Assembly (NCBI GenBank): GCA_965203295.1
Contig: CBDBCZ010000008.1
Location: forward strand, 32,001 to 96,000
DNA from: Nitrospirales bacterium
GTDB taxonomy: Bacteria > Nitrospirota > Nitrospiria > Nitrospirales > UBA8639
Direction: 5' to 3'
DNA length: 64,000 bases
Positions 44,801-57,361 of the stretch are shown here, one piece after another. The notes under the pieces are model-generated. The model saw nothing but the letters and a program-made list of their open reading frames with translations, did not search any database and had not been told where the DNA came from. Each line of letters begins with the position of its first letter. Position 1 is the first letter of the stretch. The position numbers and the translations under genes are program-made.

Positions 44801-47800
44801 ATTGCAAATGGAACTTTCGAGGCCAACCCTTCATTCCATGTCCTTGATTGGCCAACCACACGGCGTCTACCTTGTCAGCCGATTACAGTACTTAGACCCT
44901 CTTCGAACAACCTATTCGTAGCCTGTGTAAACACATCAGACTCTGCCTATCTAAATAACCGTTTTATAAAACTCAACCTTAATATGGAGAATTTGGCCGC
45001 TTCGACTCTTAACCCGACTCCCATTTATTCCGGTCATCTGACAATCCCCATCTCGCTGACCACTTTCATTTCTGATGTTGACACGGGGTGCCCTTCCAAC
45101 GATCCCCTCAACCACATAGTATTTGCCAACCGTAACTTCATCAACGTCTACAGCATTCTAAACAGTAATATCTTCTATGATTTTCAGACCAGCGAGCACT
45201 GTTTGCGTGCCGATAGTCTGGAGTATTACGGTGGCTATACGCTTCTCGTAAGATGTCCTAACAGCATAGCCGAGAGGGTTGACCTGTGTGACGAGAACAC
45301 CATACAGCTGTATACTGAGAGTGTAACAGGAATTCCCTACCCTTGCGGTTCGTGGGACACGGTTGCCTACCTTCGGAGCAGTGGGATAGATATCGAGGCA
45401 CATGGTTTTCAAACATGGCAAGACAACTTGACCCTAGCCGGTGTGAGGAATGCTGAGTGTGTGGCTGTCGACGACAAGGTTTTCGTTGCATTACTGATAG
45501 ATGACAGAGTAGTTGTCATGGAAACTGGAAGCGAGCCTCCCTTCATCGTACTCACCAACGAGAGCTGCATTAATTCATCCCGTTGCTTTAAGCCACACAT
45601 CTCGAAGAGCAGGTTCATTAGCTACACGAATGGATCCCACTTTCTGCTGAAGGACTTGTACTGCTTGAGGGATCCTCCGATAATTGTGCTGGACTCTAAT
45701 CCGTACGCTGTTGAGGTAATAATCAACGAGATGCCTCCGTCAGTTGAGTGCGCAGTAACACCGACTCCTGCAACAATGGTCCCCCCGACTTCCCTCGCTA
45801 GCCCCGTTCCATCAGCCATTGAGACACCAGCTGTTCTAGAAACTGCTACTAATATCACAGCTCTCCCAACTCCACGCCCTAGTCCCAAGCCGCCTGTTGT
45901 CAAGCCACCAGCTACGGCAGCCTTAAACCCGAGAGATGTTGCAGTCATTACAGTAGTACTCACTGTGCTTTTTCTAATAGTGATTGCATTTATCATCATT
46001 GGAACTATTCAGTAAGTATACCAGAGCACAGCATTGTACTGGGGTTCATTCTGTAATATTGTTTGGTAGCCTCGTTCCCAGGCTCTACTGCACAGCTTTT
46101 TTTGGGGGACAGTAGAGTCTGGGAACGAGGCTAATTATTTTGCACTTTGGCTAATTGTAATAATCTCTTATAAGGGGAAGCTTTTTCTCACACTATTCCC
46201 TTCCCATGCATGGAGCTAGTTTCTAGAAACAATCTACACTACTTTCCATGTATAATATATTGTGTGGCCTACTTTCAATCACTTGCCTCATATACTACTC
46301 TCTACTTCTGCTATAGGTACCGAAAGCACCATACTGGTACTGGAAGACCTATGCATGTTGCACTGGCATGTTTAAGGTCAGTTTACTGTTAGTTTGGCAT
46401 GAGTACAAAGTCAGACTCTGGCTTTTGCTATTACAATAATATATCCGTACAAGTAGTTGTGCTCGCTTCGCTCGCACAACTACTTGTGTTTGTTGAACTC
46501 GCTCGCTCTGTACGGATTGAGATTAAAGATGTAATCTGCATGTGATTTGTTGGTCTGTAGGGTACATTTAGCTCGTAGTGCGCTGGCAGACTGAAACGTG
46601 GAGACAGTGCTACAGAGAAGATTACAATCAACTGTAAAACAGTATAGGCATGCTGGGACTACAGCCTAGCTCTTCACAGCCATAACCTAGTGTATATATC
46701 CTGTAAGTGAATGGTACTGATTGTATTCTCAGCATGGCTACTTGCATGTTCATACATAATCACTGTAGTAGTAAGAAAGGTTCAGTGTCAGTAAATGTGC
46801 TCACCGGAGGCAGTGAGTCAGAGGAGAGACTACAAACAGCTGCTAAACCACACAGGCAAGCCATACCACAGCAGGCGAACGGCAACGACTCCATTTAATG
46901 CACATCGACGTGGTTAGCCTAGCATAGTAGGTATACCTCTGCTTGGCTTTCACTTACAGGGCTATACCGAAACTAACCTTTGTGTTAAAGTGCCTGACAT
47001 CGCAAGACTAAGTCTTGTAGTCACTGGAAAGAGCTAGCATCTTTTCGCACTTAATATATTGATACGTGGTACTTTGACCTGTGACCGTGACCTTCGCTGG
47101 TCACAGGTGAAAGTTCATCCGGGAGCGTGCGCATGCGGCTTCCGTTTTCGTTTTTCACACGTACGCACGAACGAACACACGGACGGACGCACGGACACAA
47201 CCAGGCGTAATAATAGATACTCACTGAATAGCACAATGCTAGTGTGACTCATTGCTGACCATTGATATTTCTCTATCATCAGCCCCACTGAGTCATCTCA
47301 AACATTGCCACGTTCATGCTCCCGCTCCCCACCACCACCGGACGCAGATTCCCCACCACCACGGGACGCAGATTCCCCACCACCACCGGATGCAGATTCC
47401 CCACCACCACCGGACGCAGATTCCCCACCACCACCGGACACAGATTCCCCACCACCACCGGACGCAGATTCCCCACCACCACCGGACGCAGATTCCCCAC
47501 CACCGCCGGACGCAGATTCCCCACCACCACCGGACGCAGATACCACCAACGGCTCTGCAGTTAGTGAATCAAGTTTACCTTCGAATGTGACTTCTGTTGG
47601 GGCCGCACAGCTTTCTTATTATATACAACCTTCAGAAGTACACACAGGTGCTAGGGCCTACTATCCCAATTGCCACACTCAGGAAATGATACCAAGTCAA
47701 GCACCCCAAGCAAACTCTGAGCAGCCCAGCTGCAGTACTTCCAGCCTGACAGACAGTACATCATCTCAGGAGCCTTTAACCGGCAGTTTGGACCATCTTG

Positions 47801-48096
47801 ATCGTGAAGAGCCAAAATCGAAACCATTTAGTACAATGTCATGTACTGTTCCTGCCGTTTCACCTGAAGGTCCAGTTGGTTATGTCCATCCAACTGAGGA
47901 AACCCAAGATCCTCAAAATGATATGCCTAATCGTTCTGATACTGTTGCAGGACGCCATGTGAATGTTCCTCACCGGAATATTCACTCTGACAACATCCAT
48001 CAAGCTGATGAAGAGCGAATAAACCTTTCGGACTATAAGGCTAGACAATCACCGCCACCACCACCACCACCACCACCACCACCACCACCACGCTGA
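41871..48096 (+). CDS. Receptor-like type-I membrane protein A of a novel family, ~803 aa, 4 exons
   Basis: Exons 41871-41967 (signal peptide MARLCAGLVLPYLLITFLGWSIYPGKTDG), 44571-46011 (ectodomain, P/T stalk, TM VAVITVVLTVLFLIVIAFIIIGTI), 46317-46376 and 47283-48096 (tail with 9x SPPPPDAD and a C-terminal P13). Phases 1,2,2 are consistent; total 2412 nt. Confidence 0.8.
42757..43325. repeat. Recent tandem duplication, two copies of ~286 bp, in intron 1 of gene A
   Basis: Near-identical blocks beginning gtgcgtactg at 42761 and 43047. Confidence 0.9.
46450..47217 (-). mobile_element. Non-autonomous Helitron-like element in intron 3 of gene A
   Basis: The minus strand begins A|TC followed by a (GTCC/GTGC)n microsatellite and ends in a hairpin plus CTTG|T. 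Related to 37629-38387. Confidence 0.6.
47326..47541 (+). repeat. Coding 24-bp tandem repeat x9 (SPPPPDAD)
   Basis: tccccaccaccaccggacgcagat units in the last exon of gene A. Confidence 0.95.
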
Positions 48097-48157
48097 TGTT
48101 GTGTTTGTAAATAGTATGTTTGTGTGAATTCAAGTGAAATTTAATAATTGCATGAGT

Positions 48158-48663
48158 AAACTAGAGGTCTCTAGCAGAGACATACCCCGCGCTCCTGGAC
48201 CCTGCACACTGCAATGCCGTATATGAGCTGTAGGCATGGCTGATAACCGTAGTAATGATACATGTGTTTCAATACGTATACTCCAGTATGCTTTCTATCT
48301 GAGTACGGCTTCTAAGCTCCATGTTGAATAAAAGACTCGTATAACATACTCGAGGGCTGACCGATTACTTAACCTATACAACAATACAATACAATACTGC
48401 TTCAGGCAAAAGTGTACCAGCGGTACAGTGACAATGCAAAAGAAGAGACACAAAACACAAAAAAAAACAAGAAAACCAAAAAAACAAAACAAAACAAAAC
48501 AAAAACAAAACAAAACAAAAAAAAAACAATACAAAGCTAAATGACACCGTCCACAGTGGGGGGAGGGAAGGATGACGGTGGAGCCAAAGGCACGCATTCC
48601 CCCGCCACAGGGCGATGGCGAGTCGTCTTAACCCCGCTTGCGCCACCGCGCGCGGGGTAATTA
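48158..48663 (-). mobile_element. HINE/DINE-1-like element
   Basis: On the minus strand: 5' hairpin TTACCCCGCGCGCGGTGGCGCAAGCGGGGTTAA, (TTTTG)n, 3' subterminal inverted repeat CGCGGGGTA, stem-loop GTCTCTGCTAGAGAC, then CTCTAGTT. Confidence 0.7.
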
Positions 48664-49449
48664 TGGGGCCTGGGGCCCTACATGTACATGTAAGGATTTC
48701 TTGCTTCAATCCTATACTACCCACTACATGTACTTGCATACCCTGCCAATGAACATGGTTGTAGTTCTAGCTAGTACCACCCAGTTTCCCAGCTGGACTG
48801 TATTTCCTGTGAAATTAACCAGCATATAAGCTTAAATTACAATGTATGTTTAAATATTGTACTCCATTATTTAAATTTTGCGCATATAGATTAATAGCGT
48901 GACTATGAGTGTAAGGATTAATGTAGCTTGTAAATGATTCCACATTGTTGCACGACCGTGTCTATAATTATACAGCTAATTTACATTCGCGCATGCGCAA
49001 ACGCGTATAACTCACGTGATCTTTGCGTGGCCCGTACATACCTGTACATGGGTACATGCTACTAATAGCCTCATAATCGGGCCTGGGAACAATGTATAAG
49101 CTCGGGGCAATGGTGAAAGCTGTATACGAGCACAAGACTTATCTTGCTCTACGTGGCATATATAGAGAAGACGTATAATATAATGTGTTATAACTAATTA
49201 TTGGACATAATAGCTTGGCATACTACAAATTCACAAAATAATGTAATTAGCTATGCACAAGAATAAAAATATGAGGCTACCGGAGTGAAACATAAATAAC
49301 CAAGTATAGAATACAACATAACAACACCACATTAAAATAAGTGATCCTACATGCAGCTGCCAGTTCATTATCAAACTCCAGCTCAGGTATAATAAAATTA
49401 CAGAAAAGGCTTTACAAAATCATACTAGCTACCTGGCACGTGTGAAAGA

Positions 49450-52167
49450 CTAAACCATTTCGGAGTTGTTTAGTTTCTGCCCTTCTGGGTCTGTGGACGG
49501 CAGAGGATCGACACTCAGTTCAAGCGGGTCCTGATGCTCTGCTGTGGCTGGCAGAGGAGTGACACTCGGTTCCTGATGCTCTGACTCTGTAGCATGTTGA
49601 GAATTCGAATTGGCATTTTCATTAGTTGAACGGTTGGGACCAAAAGTTGGCACTACTAGTGGCAGTGTCTGCCCACGATCCTCTTCAACCACCTGAAGCG
49701 GGTGTTGTGCACGTGGTTCTAGCTCGATTTCTTCTTCTATCAGTCGTTTATTTGTTCTGGAGGATATATTGAAGCCATTCTATAATGATCATGCAGTGCA
49801 ACAGTAGCTGATATATACTGCGCAATCCCTCGATCATTATTGTTGGAACCACGAAATGCTTGGTATAATGTATAGCTACATGTAGTCTCGCGGTCCAGGC
49901 GATTTTGTCTAGCCCGCGAGACTAAGCTACATGTACATAGGCTGGCCAGATTGCATGACTGCTATGTAGTGATAAAGACGTGTGGCTACGATAGTAAACA
50001 TGTTTATAGGAACTACTTACTTTGATGGAGGTATTGGTACAGTCTGATTGAAAGCCAGATAGCTAGTCTGTAGCTATAGTTAATGGGATCAGTTGCTTAG
50101 ATATATGCTATGAATGGGTTTAACGACCTAGCCCCTAACCTGAACCCTGACTCTAGCTATGACACAGTTTGAGTGCATGCAGTAGGTAATAGTTATATCC
50201 CTGCAAAATGGTGTGTATCAGCCATACATGCCCGAGGCGGAGCCGAGGGCATGTATGAGCTGATACACACCTTTTGCAGGGATATAACTATTATATATCC
50301 TGTTACCATAGCAATATGTTATGACAGCTAAACCACATCAAGCAGTGCTTTTACCTTGCACACATTGCATTGGCTTCTGCAATGCAATTATGCCTGTACT
50401 ATCACAATCATCATGGTGTGTGTGTGTATCAGGAATATTACACAGCTATTACCATAGTAACAGGATATATTATGATGTCAACATCCTGACATTATACACC
50501 TACTCATTTCCTGTACTCAACTAAAGCAATGTCAATAATTGATATTCATAGGCTGTACTATGAACTGAACTTACCTCTTAGCCTTAATACGCTTGTACAC
50601 AATAGGTGTAGCAATAAATATTAATATCAGAGCCACTGCGCCAAGTACACCCATAGCAACAGGTAGTGCGATTTTTTTCTTGTGGGACACATCAGGGCTA
50701 GAAGTAGGTGGCACCATCATTGTCGATGTTGGTTCAGGTGTTGGTATGGATGTAGAAGTGGAGTGAGGGGTGAGAGGTTGCAGAACTGGAACTATCGTCA
50801 TTAAGTCCGGTTGTAGGTTCCTAGCTTCGATGACGGTGCGGAAATTAGCCTGGGAGTCGACCACAGTGGTTATGTTCTCTTCTCCTCCACTGAAAACCAC
50901 ATATCGGTCGTTAAAGACCCTGGTTACTCCATAAGAGCGTGGAGATAGCGTCGTTCTTGTAGCATTACCATCTTCTGCTATTACTACTGTGTTTACAGCT
51001 CCAGTGTTTGCATCGCTATACACAAAGATACTGCTGTTGGCTCCAAAGCACCTTCCAGTGCTGATGCTGGGGATGTCAATGCAGTCCTCACTGGCCTGAT
51101 TTCGTCTGTAGGAGAGACAGGCTATGTTGGAAAAGTAGAGAAACTTCACGTTGTTTCTCGGACACAAGTAAGGGTGGCCATTGTCATCGTACGGTAGCTT
51201 CTCGTGTACTTCTTGGTGGACGAGATCAATGTAGAGCGCACTATCGTTGCAGTACACTAACAGCATCTGGCTACCGGCATACCTCATTTCAGTAATCGCT
51301 GGGCAGTAGTTGCTGATGTTGACTGTAGTTACGAGATTGAATACCGTTGGGTCAAATCCTATGATGTAATTGCCTGTTTGAAACAGGATCTGGTGCCTAC
51401 GACCGTGAAATGCATCACCGAGGTCTGCATACACGGGCTTGGAAATCGGAGAGAGGCTCGTTGGATTAAGGTTCTCTATAAGGGGCTGACTGAAATTCGA
51501 ACGTTGAATGAAAGAGGTGTTGAGGTAAAGCTCGAATATCGTCAGAAATCCATCTTCAAGATTCAAGCAGGGTGTGTACACGTGGCCATTGATATCGAAA
51601 AATTTGATAGGACTACAGTGAGCTCGGACTTCCAAGGTATAGTTGTCGAAGATTGCAAAGCTGGAGCTAATATTGTCGTATTGCAAAACAACGATGAGAA
51701 GTGCCCTAGTGCTGGGAACAAGGATGGCATACCGCAGCTGGGACACTCCCTCTTCTCTAATTACAGAACTTGACAAGTCCTCACATCGAATATTGTCCTC
51801 GCCACATTCTGTGGGAAGGTATTGGTCAGGGAAGGCCAGTGTGGTATCCTGAGACCCAGACACCACCCTTAGTTCAATGCCGTCAGTGTCATTACTAACA
51901 AAGAATCCAGTGGGTTGGTATCTGCTGTTTACATCTACAGGGTTATGAATGAATTATAAAAACCGCGAGGTACAAACCACATCCATTTATACCAGCCCCT
52001 CCCTCCTTTTAACTTGTTTGTTGTCTCTATAGATATCCATTATGATGATTATCAACAAATAATTTCCATTATACACCAATGTACTACTACTACTAACACT
52101 AACCTACTATTGCTGGCACGATGTAGGCAAACAATGCTGACCACAAGATCGCTGCTCTTGGACTCAT
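49450..52167 (-). CDS. Receptor-like type-I membrane protein B of the novel family, ~590 aa
   Basis: Exons 52167-52104 (signal peptide MSPRAAILWSALFAYIVPAIV), 51934-50575 (ectodomain, S/T/P stalk, TM IALPVAMGVLGAVALILIFIATPIVY followed by KRIKAK), 50062-50021 (less certain) and 49756-49450 (acidic tail). Phases 1,2,2. Confidence 0.78.
50186..50294. mobile_element. Hairpin MITE with a CCCGAGGCGGAGCCGAGGG core
   Basis: Near-perfect ~50-bp arms: taatagttatatccctgcaaaa...ttttgcagggatataactatta. Confidence 0.65.
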
Positions 52168-52265
52168 CTTCTGATTAGGACAAACAGAAAGCGCTTGCTT
52201 GTGTTTGAGTAAACAAGTGTAGATGCGTCAACACGCGTCATAACGCGGGCCGGGTAACTAAACGT

Positions 52266-52298
52266 GGGGTTCCCCAGGGGATTCCCCAGGGACTCCCC
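52266..52298. promoter_or_regulatory. Three tandem NF-kB (Rel)-type sites in the bidirectional promoter of genes B and C
   Basis: GGGGTTCCCC (52266-52275), GGGGATTCCCC (52277-52287) and GGGACTCCCC (52289-52298), each separated by a single A, midway between divergent ATGs at 52167 and 52389. Confidence 0.65.
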
Positions 52299-52388
52299 CC
52301 CCCCCCTTCTACAACCCGCCGCTATACATGTACATTGTATAGCCTGCATGCACACTTTAATTCGGAAGCTATATATGAAGTGTAGAAT

Positions 52389-55300
52389 ATGGCAAGAGCT
52401 ACTGCGACCGTTTTATTGTTGTTACTTTTCTGTGCATATACGATATGTCTTGGTTCAAGTGGAGATGCAGGTGAGAAGGCGGTGTGAGCTCTAGTCTCGC
52501 GCGCCCGCCTCACTTCATGTGAGCTCATGGTCATATGATTTCATCCCTTATTGATAATCATTGATATGATATCAGGCTGCCTTTTCCTCCTATGCAGGGT
52601 CTGATGCAGAGTGCAGGACTGTGTACCTGATGGTTCTTAGGAACCACTCGGATGGAATTCACATTTCCTTGCTTTCAAGCAGTTCTCCACGGCCCGGTGT
52701 CAGTGATCCGCAAACACCTCGTGCTCGCTCCTCGGTGATACTTGAAAGCACGACAATCAGTCAGCGCTACCTCTCCTCAGAATGTGGCAGCCACTATTTT
52801 CGATGTGACGATCTTTTAGTTGTGGCCACACACTCGAATAATGAAGTATCGCAGTACGTCATTTTTGTTCCTCTCGTTGACGGTATTCTACTCATTCAAC
52901 TGAATCGTAATGGCTCGGACCTTTCAATTGCAAACTATCATATCATCGAGGTCGATATCGGGTGCAGTCCTTCTAAACTTTTGAAAATCAATGATTACAT
53001 TTTTTCTATCTGTCTGAATCTTGAAGCACGTTATCTGTCTGTACTTCAGCTCTACCTAGATCCTGATTCACTTAAGAATACTAAAATAAGCACTATTCTG
53101 ATGTTTTCAGGTCTGGAAAATCCGTCGACAGTTTCCAATTTCCAATTTATTCCCCTTGGTAATGATCCCAACAGTCAATTCGTCTACTTCTCCACCGGAA
53201 GGTATTTGTACGGCATAACTCCGCTCTCATACACCATCAACGAGTTCGGGGAATTTCAAGAGTGCAGATTTGCAGAGTCATTGATTTACGCAGGTGACGA
53301 GACTCTAATTGCATACTGTTACAACAAATCATCAGTTTATTTCAGTCTGGCTAGTGAGCAAGAATTCAGTCAAACATTCTACTCTACACATGGCCAACCA
53401 TTTGTCTGCCCTAACCATAACGTATTTTTATCAGTGTTTTCCTCAGCATCCTACATTCAGTTTGGTCTACAGAGCGACAACAGCAGAGTAAATGTTAACA
53501 TACCTGGCATGAGCTTTGACTCTGGGATTTGCTATGGTACGCAGAGCAGTGGCACACTCTTCGCTTTCTACGACGCAGAGAATGGGGTTTATGCCCTCCA
53601 TCTTGCTACATCTGTCTTCACCCGCCTCTCTTCCAAAGGATGCCTGCAGGATTCATGCGAACCACTGAAAGTATTTGAAGACCGATATGTGGTAATCAGG
53701 GAAAGAGAAGCTAATGATGCAAATGTAATTGTCGTAGACTCGTGGAAGAACTTTTCTAAGATAATTGACGGACAACACTTGCCTGCTGATCTCCTCACGC
53801 TCATCACGGTTGATCAAGGCTGCGCCACACAAACAACGGAATCTACTGTTCTAACAGAAGACAATACGAGTACGCACAAGTCTCAGAGCACAGCAATGTT
53901 GGCGATATATATAACACTTCCAATCGGTATAATATTCATAATAATGCTCATCATTCTGACAGTTTTTTTGCTGAGGTGGCGAAAAAAGTAAGTACATATC
54001 TACTGTTTTATGATACTGCACTGTAGTATTAATTTAACCACAGCATGTATTGATCCTATATACATGTAGGTTGTGCTTTTCACCACCCAAGCCAGCAGTA
54101 AAGGTATCTGATAATAGTAATACACTGCGTGATACTGAACTACTCCTCCACCCGAAACCAGCCAGTGGTGGTCAACCTCCTGAATACATAAAAGTTCTCA
54201 AGCCCAATAATTGCGATGTTCCCAGTGATTGTATTCTACCTTCACACAATCATGTTTATGAAGATAAACCTACTCACACTGAAGAGACAGCAGCAGATTT
54301 AGAGCGGACAGAAGGCGAACCAGATGGTGAGCTTTTTGCTCTAGCCACTTCACTAATATATTGGATACTTTTTTCTTTGTTATCACCCAACAGCTCCCCA
54401 GACTGATCATGTGTTGCCAAAAAACCAACCCTCCAGTGAACCAGAGTAAGTCCAATACTTATGTCAATATTCAGTACATGAATACTGCATGACAGCTCAG
54501 CAGGAAGTCTATAGTACAGCGTTTGTACTTTCACTGACCTTCAATGTTATTTATGAATCCATAGCTAGATGTTATTTTTGTGTGTATAGTGTACATAATG
54601 GTGGTTATGAGTGCCTTAATGAATAATTAATGAGCATGGAAGCTTTGGAAGTTCTTGGTTAGACACAGGTTGTTCATGTCAATTCGATCCCTGTGTACAT
54701 AACACTTTTATAATGCAAGCGTACTATGCCTCGCTGACATCATCGTACCACCGGGGGCCCCCGGGCTTGATAGCCAAGCCGGGGCACTGCCCCCCGAATA
54801 CACGTGGGGACGACTTTTTTCGCGACTAAGCCAGTCGCAAGAATAACAGATCAGCTGAAACGGCTGCTAGGCCAGTAGCTATGTCAAAACGACTGGTATC
54901 CAGGCGAATGATGTCTGTATCTACAACATTTTCCCAAAGAGCAGCCACAGCTGCCATGAGAGAGTGGACATGCTACATAAAACTTGCATTCTTATCGCTC
55001 GATCGTGCCGTCCGTCTCCAGCCCTCGAATCTCTGCTTACAGAGCGGCTATACAGACTGTACTAACCTAGGAGCTGTAGTAAGCCTTACTTGATAAAACT
55101 GTGTAGTAGACTTGTCCAGATCTCTGCCTGTTTCTGCACCAAAAGTTTGAAGACGGCATCCACGAGACTGCGTGAGACGCCATTTTGAACTCATGGCTTG
55201 CCCCGGGCCCCCGGGGAGTGTGACACACAGATATATATATTATATATATACATATAAACGCTAGCTGAGATTCTGAGCCCGTATGTCGCGATTATTGGCC

Positions 55301-56038
55301 TCGCTGCGCTCGGCAATTAACACCCATTTGAAATCCATTTATAGTAGATTAGATCACAGCATTCACTGACATAGACCATCCTTGGAAAAATCCCTCGCCC
55401 TTGGACTGTGTTAATTTACATCGGGCTGCGCCCTCGGTCAATTGGACTGTGTTAATTTACATCGGGCTGCGCCCTCGGTCAATTAACACAGTCCTTGGGC
55501 TCTGATTTTCCCATGGGTGTCTATGTCAGTTAGATCCCTCCTGCTGTGATCTAACCTATACTTAGCATTGAGTGGGCGTGCATGTGTGTGTGTGTATGTG
55601 GGGGGGGGGGGTTGTGTGTGAATAAAGATGTTCTCAATGAAAGAGGCTATGTATGTATGCTTGCATGTGTACGTCTGAGATTCAGAAATAATTAGTTCCG
55701 ATGACCACATTACTACCTATCAATGTCAACCTGCACTTTGCCACAGGGAGTTAAACTCTGACAGAAACCAGGGAACGGAAGCACGTTCCAATCACCCAGA
55801 CATTTCCGCTTTCCTAGTCCAAAACGGACCATGCCCCAGACAAGCCCACGAGGACATAGAGCTCGACACTCTGCCTCCCAGGAACGCATCAGCTGATACA
55901 GGTGCCACTACTCAAGGGCATGCTACCCCCCACGAGGAAAGAGAGCATGATGGGTATATGCCTGCCACCCAGGAGTCAGACTACTCCGGTGATACCAAAG
56001 ATACCGATCTTCTTTTGCCAGCCACTCCTATAGAGTAA
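52389..56038 (+). CDS. Receptor-like type-I membrane protein C of the novel family, ~690 aa, 5 exons
   Basis: Exons 52389-52470 (signal peptide MARATATVLLLLLFCAYTICLG), 52598-53987 (ectodomain, TM LAIYITLPIGIIFIIMLIILTVFLL followed by RWRKK), 54070-54326, 54394-54445 and 55747-56038. Total 2073 nt in frame. The tail carries EYIKV, HVYED, DGYMP and DYSG. Confidence 0.8.
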
Positions 56039-56502
56039 TTATTTTTGTTGTGTGGCCTTTCCTTAAAAGCAATTGAAGTAGTTGATTGCTGCTTTCCTAT
56101 AATTATTACACTGTTTATTATCGGTAGTGAATCGATGCGACTTGATAGTTTGTTAACAGACTTCGTACTATAGTTGTCATCTGGAACAATAATTCAGTGA
56201 TCATTCCTTGTATGGTATATAACAGTTACATATTGTTGTCAACTCAGATCGTGCAACCTCACAACTTGGAGCCATGGTATTGGCAGCATTCTTTAGGTGG
56301 TTAACTGAGCTTGTATGTGCACATGATACTGTACATTCACATTAGACAATCCGTCCAGCTGTGAATGCTCCAGTGTGTAATTTTATAGCACAACAGCAGA
56401 TACATGAGCCAGACCATATAAGCAGTGAGATTAAACTTTGACCCAATACTAAGGTTGTGGTGTCATATAATGTAATAATTATAGAAACTTGATACCATTC
56501 TT

Positions 56503-57250
56503 ATTAACCCTCGGCGCGCATGCGCAGCGAGGGTTACAGTACTCAGTTTGTGTGTGTGTGTGTGTGTGTGTGTATCTGTTCCCTCGCTAACAGCCTCGTC
56601 GTTAATGTACGGGTACAAAGTAAGGTACGAATCGAAAGTAAATGTAGTATTGAAGGTTTTTGACTCGTGGATTTCACTAAAAATACTTCGTTCGAAAGTT
56701 ACGGCGTTATTTGCTCACCACAACAGACTTTGACGGATTCGACGGCCAGTAGATACATCAGAAGATTTTTTACTGACTACTGGAAACTATTGGTAGGTTA
56801 GCTGCTGTTTCTAACGCCGTCATATGCGACGACTCAAAAATACTACACTGACTAGCTAGCTCTATGGGCGTGTCAGACATGCCTCTCACGCGTGACGAAT
56901 TTCAATTGATTCGCGACTGGAACTGGAACGGTGAATTGGGGTCCCGTTCCGGTCCCGTATCGAGCTGCTGGTTATGAAGTCTCGTGCCCTGCTATCAGCT
57001 TGTAGCCTGTGTCTTCTGCCCATGCATGAGATAGTAAAGAGTAACAGACAATATAAAGTATTATGCTATCGATACAAAAAGAAGATACTATGGGATACAA
57101 AAACAAATAACTTAGAAACCTATCATAGTACAAATATTATTGCAAAACGTACGATTACAGTATTGCTCTTGCTTACTCATTCTAGATGCCAAAGTGTGCA
57201 TAATGTATTTCACAATAATCACGCCGAGGGTTATGCACTTCAGTGCTTTC
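56503..57250 (+). mobile_element. HINE/DINE-1-like element
   Basis: 5' hairpin TTAACCCTCGGCGCGCATGCGCAGCGAGGGTTA, (TG)n, 3' subterminal inverted repeat CCGAGGGTTA, stem-loop GCACTTCAGTGC, then TTT. A partial related copy lies on the minus strand at ~19500-19646. Confidence 0.75.
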
Positions 57251-57361
57251 ATTAATAGCAGTACACAGAATGAACTGTTTATAGATTTGAATAATACACT
57301 AACAGACATATATAGAGAAAAAGAGAGCAATGTTGATCTTAGAAATAGTCATAGTGGACAT

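Noticed and set aside
47252..47590. Alternative-frame repeat ORFs (QIPHHHRT, GGGGESAS, FPTTTGRR)
   Set aside because: These are other frames of the 24-bp repeat; only the SPPPPDAD frame joins gene A in phase and extends to 48096.
54327..54406. Hydrophobic end of ORF 54050-54406 as a second TM helix
   Set aside because: It corresponds to a 67-nt GT-AG intron (54327-54393) with a T-rich acceptor tract; splicing continues in frame to exons 54394-54445 and 55747-56038.
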